NCBI GenBank assembly: GCA_964019425.1
Contig: OZ025785.1
Span: 1,612,001-1,676,000 of the forward strand
Source of the DNA: Flectonema sp. DT1601
Taxonomy: Eukaryota
Reading direction: 5' to 3'
Length of the DNA stretch: 64,000 bases
Shown: piece by piece, positions 37,301 to 45,732 of the stretch
Layout: the number at the start of each line of letters is the position of its first letter
Numbering within the stretch: position 1 is the first letter of the stretch
Notes under the pieces: generated by a model
The model's database searches: none
What the model was told of the DNA's origin: nothing
Seen by the model: only the letters and a program-made list of their open reading frames with translations
Program-made: the position numbers and the translations under genes

Positions 37301-37391
37301 AATGAATGGCAGAGGAGGCCGTCGATCATCGGTAGGATCTCATTCGGGATCACCGCGTAGGTCATCACTTCCGTCAACGTTGTCAGTCTGA
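34383..37391 (+). CDS. Cell-surface multi-pass membrane protein: signal peptide, kringle-like six-Cys module, Pro/Thr mucin-like stalk, multi-TM region, Ser/Pro-rich tail
   Basis: ~1000-aa open ORF directly after a pyrimidine tract + ACAG (34380). Module C..GMPCLDVW..CANP..WCY..WGRCEPC; (PTAV/PTAI)n repeats; about 8-10 hydrophobic segments. Confidence 0.85.
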   Translation: MGWERCLLHAVGLLICCQVSEAAWPAGCINSTENSSPIGMPCLDVWSNFGFVTIKGAQCANPTREPEGTWCYWGTGVTEWGRCEPCPTPVPPQIPPTSQPTAPPTAIPTSVPTAIPTAVPTAEPTAVPIPTAVPTEVPTVSPPAAMPTTEIPTATPTAAPTSVPTSIPNPTVVPTAVPIPTAVPTAVPTAVPIPTAVPTAVPTAVPMIAATSLPTAIPTQLPAVGLTANPTPLPTGLPSSLTPQQSDAPTTPLPSNPVGAVPVQTLTPSGNLNEKLSITWSTPSEIGTKEIAKGVTLELSLSNSSSARFSDSLSAIANGITAELLSGEVADVEIIRNTGKTLTISVTLASTVDVKSVTEDELVLTVNSEAFSSPDVKVDESKKIKIPIKVEPDHFESRLNSLTSAASVIGAQSGPAALQAQQMFLAGLQCGENGDPPLEWIFHPTGLEIGGRKCMGAVLLNPVIIAVVFFLQIVVGRLLHYRLSNRMHPAKYSLRESFAVISFPSFTLVVVMVLFQGTAVCSSSVMLRPMDSPAWHSVVGGFVFVFQLAFCGWLYFALNRAVPSKAVYRLERKSENKSEVRRFFIGEGEWVSTCRHCRYAQRYSVALRSWKMASLAWASSDFLICIAIALIASLRPASSGGCGNIRIMAAVLSFIVAALKGYSKPHCRVRDNFIDTIRLVIQGLGFLFLGIGFHASDGEAFNDIGTLLITGAVCIILLKALVDLICWFYIQLTRRREKLQAELWAHDVEDNETEEPFDMLPIVKETEEKEDDKDIEDLAVLNLNVKPEPTGQGTWDEMLGDITSTFGGGDKDVTNDISWEGMMRDMTEFGSGAPQSRQGSSETQPYQPPSIAGDLVSSQEVLDVGSVGSTAPADLISPTSSFTFPSAIPPAIPPAATPIRSSNSMTPPTRGRRSPGFSMIKSPSAAGDYVSSSSSQQGSPSAGHTSTFVTSPAPLPPIRGRRKSAGYHLTAAIMNGRGGRRSSVGSHSGSPRRSSLPSTLSV
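34680..35045 (+). repeat. Coding minisatellite encoding PTAV/PTAI/PIPTAV mucin-like repeats
   Basis: Recurrent 12-18 bp units such as GTCCCAACAGCA and GTCCCAATTCCAACTGCG within the 34383 ORF. Confidence 0.85.
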
Positions 37392-40300
37392 TATTTTGAC
37401 CTTTCGACTGGCTGATAATTTTGTAGCAATCGCTAAATCGATGACAAGCTTGAAAAGCAACCCGCGATTGGCTTGTGAGGACGCTGATGAAATCGAACAA
37501 TTACGTTCTGTGATGTCTTCAATGATAGTCTGTCGTGATTCGGATGCTGTCGTCGTTCAAATGAAAAAGATGGCCGCCCTCGACAGCAAGTCTTGGAGCA
37601 AGTCTTATCGGTTATTACTTTACTGTTTGTTGAATTCCTTATTCAGTTTTTTTTGTTGCTATCAATGTGTTCGATCCAAGTTAAGACTGTGGTATTTTAC
37701 GGTTTTTTTATGATTCGCGTACGCTACAGTCAGCTTTGCTCATTTCTTCATTCAACAACAATTCCCACCCTCCACATTAGTGAGGAACTTATCTCTCTTT
37801 CAATCAACAATTGGTGTTTTTATATTTTGATTTCGGGTTCTTTAATCTCGAGGGTCAACTACAAAGGCTGACACGCGAGGAAACCATCCGATCTAAAGAG
37901 CCGTTTTGTTCCCACTCTCCTTTCTCTCTCGGGACATTAGCACCACAACTGGAGAACAATCGTCCATTTATTTCCTTTTAAAGAAGAATGATATAACAAT
38001 TTTTAGACGTCATTTTATGTTCGGCGTATTACATTTTCTTTTTGAATTTTAATCTTCAAACAGCACAAATCAGGTGATTAAAATTACTTATTGTTTGCCC
38101 AAAACTATAAACGTACACAAAGTCTTATTTCATGTGCACAATTCGCAAAGGACTTATGCTATATCCCCCTTTGCGTGCTCTTTGGGTTCCTGCAAGTGCT
38201 TGGTTTAAGTTTGTTGTTTTCGTTTTCAGTTTCACTGTCAGGTGAGGCTCAAAACTTTGTAAATAATTAAGTGAAGTATTTTAGTTTTGATTTGATCTCA
38301 CTTTGATATTAATGTTCCCTTCGAAGATGTACAACTCCGCGTCTCTTTGGTTCGAAGTTCACTTTTTTTTGTTGGAACTCGTTCTACACTTTCACATGAC
38401 TCTGAGCACTACGGGAGGGAACATCTCAATGAGATTTGCTTTTCAAAATAACAAAAACTATTATACTTCATCACATTTGGTTTGATTTCCTTTTGGGTCC
38501 TGAAGCGATTAACTTGTTGGGAACTCTTTCTCATGTGTCCCGAAACTTATCGACTTCGCTACTTCTCTCTCCTCTCTCTCTCCTCTTTCTTTCTCTTTAT
38601 TATGATCGTGACTTGTGACATCAAAAAGGTGCCGAGGCCCTTCACACGACTTTCCTGTAGAACAGAAACTTCACCACAGAAATAAAAATATCTCCAAACT
38701 ATTTTTTAATAGAGATTCATATTACAAAAAACAGGCAGCAGTAGTGAAAGGAAACTGAGTGTTGAAGGAATCTCCAACCAGCTACCTGCGTGAAACTAGT
38801 TTATCAGCGACACACTTGTGCTGGTATTGTGACAACTATTTTGTGTGTCTATTTACTGGTTTACTCAGACTGTCTACTTGCCTATTTTTTTTCTTTCCCT
38901 TTTTCAACCTCTCGAAAAACATCTGGTCAATATAATCCGAATGCGGATTGCGTTTATATGACGTGACAGATAACCGTTGCAGATATCTAATTCTAGCTAA
39001 CCCTCAGGTACACTACCTTACTTCTGATACTTAACCGATACCGGCACTGAGAAGTTCGCTGGTAAGATGCTGTTCAGGTTTATTGGCTACTTTACTATAT
39101 CGCTATTCGAAGAGGTTTCTCTTTGCTTTTAATCACGTCGCATACATAAATAGCATTAGAGGCTTTACGCTCATTATTATTATTATTTCGTTGTTGTTCT
39201 TGGAATTTCGGTCAAAATCGTCTCTTTGCAGAAAGTCATAAGACGGATGGAATAAGTCCCACTTCCCTCAGGTCCTTTCAATGATCCTCCGCTGCAAGAG
39301 CTCGATGGCTAAATGATTTCAAACTAATTAAAAACGACCTTTTAATGATAGCAATTGGGAGGTACTTCACTGCGATTGCAACTACACGGCTGCTGTTTGT
39401 GAGGTGTCGACGTCGACATAGCTAGTTCTTGTTACCCTTTCAATGAATTATTTGATAATCAACTGATGGGCAAAGTCCCTCTTCTCAATGCTTCTTTTTC
39501 ACTAACTTTGCATATTATTAAATAATTCATTTCAGGGTGTATCTTTCCCTTCTCCACGTTGTCAATTCTGCGCTCGCTGCGTTGTTGGGCAACAACTCAG
39601 TTTCGGGAGGACTCCCTTCTTGTACACCAAGCTGACTACTAATTGACCAATTCGAGTAAGCAATGCGAGAGTTTATTTCACTCACTTTCTTACTTGAGAT
39701 TATTAAAATATGGATCCTCCTGTATCGCCTTTCCGAAGTCATCTCGGGAATAAAAAGAAGAGAAAGCGGCGCGTGTGAGACGCGTTGAACGGAATATTAA
39801 AACAGTTAATCTACAGCCTCGCCATGTGGCTAGCGGTTGGTCTGCTTTTAGTTGTTTGTTGCTTTGCATGTCGTTTGTGAAGAAATGGAAACATTTTTCT
39901 GATATATTATACGTTGGTTGCTCCTAAACATTTCTTAATGGAAATAACCAAAACCCTGCCTTGTCTTTCCATTCGCTTGGAGTATTCTATCCTTTTTTGA
40001 GTACCCTCAGTGATGTGATTCATTATTTTCCTCTTGTGTAACAGATGGAGCTCAACCTCCAAAGAAGTACGCAGCTGGTGGTTTCGACAAACTAACCAAC
40101 AGCGAGTTTCGTACTCTGCTTCGGTAAGTTTTCTTGCGCAAGTGCAATTCTGTCTGGTTGAGTTCTATTACTGTTGGAGCAGATATCAAAAGAAAGAATA
40201 AATAAATACGGACCGAGATACAAGAAGACTGTTCGGTCTCTCTTCAATGGAATCGGTTCCCACAATCAACATCCTTTTCATAAATGGGCGACTGCCTTTC

Positions 40301-41242
40301 CTTTCGTTTACTTATAATCTCTTTGAGTAAGTCGAGCCTTCCTTTCTAAAGGAAGAAAATAAATTGACCGATCTCAGTTTGAATTAGCAATGAAGTTGAG
40401 TGCGGAATGTGTTTTGTGTTTGTCACCCAACCCAGACCGAGGGATATTGTTTTATTACATCGGCTTTCACCCTGCGCCCCATATTCAAACTGAAACCAAC
40501 CACTACTTGGGCTTCGTCCTGTGGCGGTTAAGGTTGGCCGAACCTGAAACCAGACTCCAGCCTTTGCTCTGCATGGAAAAATTAGCCTGAGGATTCAGAG
40601 TTTGATTTTCTTTTATTCTCAATTTTGATTTAGCAGTTACTGGTTCGGTGCGATAAAGTTGATTCTTATATTGGATTTCCTTTCCCCAATCCCGCGATAC
40701 CGGACCTGAAGTAACTCACCCCTCCCGCAGCCTTCTATACCAGCGTTGTGACCCAAATGCGAATTGCTTTTCTGCTGCGTTCATCGAAAACGATTAGCGC
40801 AGTAGAAATAATCTGATATGTTTGTGCTTATGCTAGTCGATATATTCGTTACTTCTCTCCTAAGGAGATCAAACTCCTGATCTGAATTTTGTGGCCTTCA
40901 ACAGCAACATTTCAGTTGTCTACCAGCTGCAGATTCTACTTGTGCGGTAGTGAATCTCAATAGAGATCACATTTTGTTCTAACGATTGTTTTATTGCTCC
41001 CAACAGCCGAGGGCGGTTCCTCGTTAATTACTTTGAACAGTCTACTGTGTTGCTTCCTTTCGAAGACTTGTTCTAGTTTTCAATGAAGAGATCCATTTAA
41101 AGTTATTTATCTTTATTCCCTTTAAATAGTTGATATGATATTACAATAGGAGGTAACACAGATTGTGGTAACTAATTAGCCTGTGTAGTTTATTGGTGCA
41201 ACTTGGCTTCGCATATTTCTGCTTTTTTCAGGTTTTTCCCAA

Positions 41243-42064
41243 ATGGAGCAGGATGGCGGCGGGGGTGCTGCTCTAAAATTATTGATTTGGAAGGGAGCTA
41301 ACAAAGAGATTCGTCGAATCCCCGCGCCGAGGACTTTCGATGAGCTTCTGAAGGTGTTGAGCGAATGGAACATCAACGGACACGAGTCGGTGATTCGCTA
41401 CCACGACAGAGATGGAGATGAAGTCACTCTCGGATCCAACATGGAATGGGGTGAGGCTTTACGGGAAGTTGAAGCCGGTTCAACATTTCAAGTTGTTGTT
41501 GACGCCGAAACATCAGAACTCTCTTCAGCTAATTACTTGGGAGGCTATTCTCTCTGCTCCCCCGACTCGTCTTCGATATCATTCGAAGAAATGGAAACTA
41601 CCTACGCTGGCGTTGCCTCCTGCAAAGATTGTATAAAATATCTCTTTGGATGTAAGTCGTCAAATAGCAGAGTAAGTTGTAGTGTCGTGTTCGAAATCCT
41701 TGGGTATTTTGGAAAGGTAAACGAGCCGGAAGTAAACCCCACCGTCTTTGAAGACATACGCTGGTTATTCGACAATGAACATCTTGTACTCGGAGTAACT
41801 ACTAAAAATAGTGTTGACTTCTTTAGTAACAAACCTGTTGGTTCCTTCATCTTCAGACCATCATTTCGGTTCCCTGGAAAGATGGTTCTCACTACTAAGA
41901 GAGCTGGAGGGGTTGCTCATCTTTTTATTGTTTTGGGGAGCCCACTAAGTGGGAAGGCGACAACACTTAGAGCTCTTGCCGTGGCGCTGGTGGCTAAGCG
42001 AGATCGACAGAAGATGCGAGTAGGCGAAAACAGCTACATGTCTATGGAGCAACTTGTTGACTGA
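41243..42064 (+). CDS. PB1 domain + SH2-like domain protein, 273 aa
   Basis: N-terminal KLLIWKG..KEIRRI..TFDELL..IRYHDRDGDEVTLGSNMEWGEAL (PB1 basic Lys and OPCA motif). C-terminal WLF..GVTTKNSVDFFSNKPVGSFIFRPSFRFPGKMVLT..GVAHLFI resembles an SH2 core. Pyrimidine tract + AG at ~41231. Confidence 0.75.
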   Translation: MEQDGGGGAALKLLIWKGANKEIRRIPAPRTFDELLKVLSEWNINGHESVIRYHDRDGDEVTLGSNMEWGEALREVEAGSTFQVVVDAETSELSSANYLGGYSLCSPDSSSISFEEMETTYAGVASCKDCIKYLFGCKSSNSRVSCSVVFEILGYFGKVNEPEVNPTVFEDIRWLFDNEHLVLGVTTKNSVDFFSNKPVGSFIFRPSFRFPGKMVLTTKRAGGVAHLFIVLGSPLSGKATTLRALAVALVAKRDRQKMRVGENSYMSMEQLVD

Positions 42065-42946
42065 AATTGTTAGCTAAGCTGCTGCTCTCACACTGACGAC
42101 TTCAACGACACAAGTGAAGTTCATTTGATTGTCGTAATAAATGATTAGCTCCACTAATTCGTTGATCTATCGGAAGAATATTACTAATACTCTTCTTCTT
42201 TTGAAATACTTTTTATTTAATTTTTAAACAAGAGAATGAACGCAGTTGATTCCACGTTTCCAACTCTCACACGAGATGTGCGATAAAACCCGCGTACGAA
42301 TTCTTTTGCTGAATTTTTGTCTTTTGTCCCGTAACTTATTATTTGCTGATCATGAGGATTATGTTTTGTGAGAAGTCAACCAAACCTTGTTTTCAGGTAG
42401 TTCTCAAAACCAGTAGGTTTGAGATCGTCCTGTAGCCGTTGGTGGGCTTCTGATCGCTGCATTTGACAAAAAGTATTGGAGGGTCTGATTGTGTTCTCAT
42501 TGGAGAGATCATCTGAGAACCTTTTTCAATTGTCGTCAAGGAAACAATCAGATTAATGAATGGCTGCATCATAATTAAAACAACTTCCGATTATAGATAT
42601 TAGCATTTCCTCTCTCTTGGTTTTTCGGCGTTACTCACTTGTCGAAATAAACAGCCACTCATTTCGTTTTGTTTTGTTTTTTGTTCTTATTTTGTGGAGG
42701 CGGAACAACTTCTCTAATCGATCGTCGAGTAGCTCTACCGAAACTACTAGTTGCTCAGAAACTTGATTGATAGCCCTTTTGAAATTAAAAGTTTGTCAAT
42801 CTGCAGAAGTGTACAACAAACCGAAGCGAATCGTTGTTCAGCCTCCTTTCTTTTTGTGACGTATCTACCCACGTTACAAGTATTGGTTGATGAGTTTGTT
42901 ATTTCATTTCAACGATACCTTTTTCTCAGAAGATTACACATCAAAT

Positions 42947-43339
42947 ATGAAAATGAAAATGGACCCCGAGATGACTTCGGAGCTCAGTTTTAACGATGCT
43001 GGAAGCGGATTTGACACACCACTGTCGCTGTCACTTCCGGGATGGGGTGGGCACGGAGGGATGAATGTCGGAGCAGGACCATCGGGAACACCAGCTCCCG
43101 CAGGGGGACACGCGCCCGCCGGCATGCCTGCTGGTGCGGCGAAAAGTGGCGTTCCAACTGCACTCAGTAGTAAGGGTGGCTGGTTTACTCCTCCTCCTCA
43201 ACACACTGCTGTTTCGAAGTCTCCAACGGGTATGCAGACTTGCATCGCTAATGCGACGAAGTTTATGGGCGACATGCAATCCAAAGGGTGCCTCTCAAGT
43301 GGTCAGGTTTCTTCTATCAGATCGTTGCTACACTTGTAA
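42947..43339 (+). CDS. Small Gly/Pro/Ala-rich hypothetical protein (~130 aa)
   Basis: GC-richer than its flanks, same orientation as neighbours, ATG follows CTTTTTCTCAG. No recognised domain. Confidence 0.5.
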   Translation: MKMKMDPEMTSELSFNDAGSGFDTPLSLSLPGWGGHGGMNVGAGPSGTPAPAGGHAPAGMPAGAAKSGVPTALSSKGGWFTPPPQHTAVSKSPTGMQTCIANATKFMGDMQSKGCLSSGQVSSIRSLLHL

Positions 43340-43685
43340 AGGTACTCAAAGCCGATATCAAGTAAGACCTGCAGTTTGGTATCGACTGTGCTGTTATTGC
43401 TACCGAGAAGTTACCGTCAGTTGGAATAGTGAAGTGTGAATATAAAGAAGCAGCCTACCGAACGCCTGAAGCCACAGAGGTTAGACACGCTTGTCAGCTC
43501 AGAATGTTTATTGCCAGTTGCTGTAATTACACACCTGCATTTATTGGCAATTCGAGTCAGTGCACAGCGAGAATTGACGTCGAGGTTTTAATTCATTTAG
43601 CCAGCTTAACACAAATGTAGAAGTCAAGTAGTCCACCCGAGGGAATGCTTTTTGGTTTTCATTTAATTCTTCTCCTCAGTTTTCA

Positions 43686-45413
43686 ATGTACATGAGTTTG
43701 TTGTTGCTGCTGGTATTTGTGCCACTCACGACAGCCAGCTGCGAACTCGATATCAGCAAACTATTACAAAATGTAAACTACAGCAGGACTCTCAGTCCTG
43801 TTGTTGCAAAAGGACCTCTCGGTGTGAAGGTATCTTGTACAGTGACAAAGATTAATGAGCTCAATACGAAGAGGCAAACATTTCAAATAAATATGTACTT
43901 CAGACAGAGCTGGAAAGATGAAAGATTATCGTGGCAGAACTTGAAAGTGTTTAATGAATGCGGTAGTAACGAAACATTAATTAAAGACACTAAGAGTTCT
44001 TTAATTTGGAGACCTGATTCCTTTTTTTCAAATGCAAACGGATTGGTATCACCCGGAGGGGAGGAATTTATTTACATTTATAAGGACGGGTTGGTTTTGT
44101 GGAGTCGGAGGATCGTATTGACACTTTTCTGTACGATGGAGTTCCAATATTATCCTTTTGATGTGCAGCATTGTCAAACCACAATCGAGTCGTATGGTCA
44201 CGGGACTGATGAGATGGTTTATGTTCAATCAGAGCCCACAGATCGCTTCAGTGACACAATTGACTTTCTCGACTCCTCAGTTGGCACAGTTGCTGCGTAC
44301 TCTCTGGGACTTCCAACATCAGTAGTAGGAACTGTGAGTATTGGAGGTAATATCTTCTCAACCGTAAAACTACTTTGGAAATTCAAAAGAACTCCCGAGA
44401 GCTACATTGTAACTCCGTTTTCTCAGATTTGGCTGATCGTTTTGTGTTCATTTGTTGGCTGTTGCATAAATCCGGAGGCAGCACCAGCACGAGTTGCCAT
44501 CGCATTAATAACTGTCTTGGCAACCATCAACCTCCTGACACGTTTTGCTGAAGAGATACCAGTCGTGAACTATTACACAGCGATGGATTACATGTATTTA
44601 GTGTGCACTGCATTTGTCGTAGGTAATGTAGTTGAATATTGTTTTGTAAACTACGCGCTTACTTTAATTAAAAGTAAAGAACAGAAGCTGTTGGAACTAA
44701 AAACTCGCAGAGGTGCTACCGGCGAAAGTGGCTTTCGCAGTGGCAAAATAAAGAGACACATAGCTGCCGCTACTGTTCAGGCCGAGGTAAGAGAGTTGTT
44801 TTCAATTTTTGATGTTTGGAGATGTGGAGGGATTTCAAGAGACGACTTCAAAGCTCTCTTAGAAAGTGCTGCTGCAGACAGAGGAAGGACAATATCAACT
44901 CAACTTATGAAGGAAATGCTTTCCTCAGTTGGGAATGTTATTTCATACAAAGAAGTCGTTGCGTCAATTGCTGACAACCCAGCCATTGGAATGGAACAAG
45001 AACCGCGAGCTGCCATTTTGTGTTTCTCTTTTGCAGTCACCAGAACGACTGTCGTCAAAATGGAATCGATTTGGAGAGTTTGGTGCCCATTTTTGTTTGT
45101 TGTTCTGAACATAATCTGGTTTGTGACGGTTCTCAAAAAGGATGCAACGACCGCATACGCAACCGCTTTCCCTTTCCTCGCTCTGTTTGTAGTGGGCATT
45201 GCGAACCATATTCGAAAAGAATTTGTGTATCCTCAGAATACAATGCCAGACGAGTCGCTTCTCAGCCGAATGAAGATGGCGAGGAAGTCAGTTTGTCACG
45301 TTGACGTAAGGCAGCGAGTAGATTGCCAGCTTGAAGAGCTCGTCCCTAGCGGAGGAGGAAGCGTTGGAAGTGAAGGCAACGAAGAGGCACCCAAAGCAGC
45401 GGAAGCCTGGTGA
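43686..45413 (+). CDS. Pentameric ligand-gated ion channel subunit (Cys-loop receptor, anion-selective-like) with EF-hand-like insert, 575 aa
   Basis: Signal peptide; FRQSWKDERL; IWRPDSFF (WxPD); Cys-loop CTMEFQYYPFDVQHC (C-x13-C, 44130-44174); M2 AAPARVAIALITVL; M2-M3 IPVVNYYTAMD; M3 ..VEYCFVNY; M4 RVWCPFLFVVLNIIWF. Confidence 0.93.
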   Translation: MYMSLLLLLVFVPLTTASCELDISKLLQNVNYSRTLSPVVAKGPLGVKVSCTVTKINELNTKRQTFQINMYFRQSWKDERLSWQNLKVFNECGSNETLIKDTKSSLIWRPDSFFSNANGLVSPGGEEFIYIYKDGLVLWSRRIVLTLFCTMEFQYYPFDVQHCQTTIESYGHGTDEMVYVQSEPTDRFSDTIDFLDSSVGTVAAYSLGLPTSVVGTVSIGGNIFSTVKLLWKFKRTPESYIVTPFSQIWLIVLCSFVGCCINPEAAPARVAIALITVLATINLLTRFAEEIPVVNYYTAMDYMYLVCTAFVVGNVVEYCFVNYALTLIKSKEQKLLELKTRRGATGESGFRSGKIKRHIAAATVQAEVRELFSIFDVWRCGGISRDDFKALLESAAADRGRTISTQLMKEMLSSVGNVISYKEVVASIADNPAIGMEQEPRAAILCFSFAVTRTTVVKMESIWRVWCPFLFVVLNIIWFVTVLKKDATTAYATAFPFLALFVVGIANHIRKEFVYPQNTMPDESLLSRMKMARKSVCHVDVRQRVDCQLEELVPSGGGSVGSEGNEEAPKAAEAW

Positions 45414-45732
45414 GTTCGGAAACTCGTCGATTGCATCGGAGCTTTTTACCTTCTTCGCTTACCTTATTATTGTTAGACAACAAAATCACCCTAAAATTGG
45501 ACAGGTTTTATTTCACTTTATCCATTGTGTTCATTCCATAGTTACACTTCGTTCCTGCAGCACTCTTACGAGTGTCTACTTGTTGTTGTAAGTGGTGAAT
45601 TAGTTCTTTTTAATTTAATTTCATGAGAACAGGAAAAAAACTATTTGGGAAGGAAGATATTTTTTAGTTTTGTGTCTCATCTCTGAGATGTCATCCTGTT
45701 GTAAGATAGCATCCTCAGGGACTTCATAAAAC

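Noticed and set aside
40045..40123. Exon-like segment between a pyrimidine tract + AG and GTAAG, one frame reading GAQPPKKYAAGGFDKLTNSEFRTLL
   Set aside because: I could not link it to other exons or a gene; needs RNA-seq.
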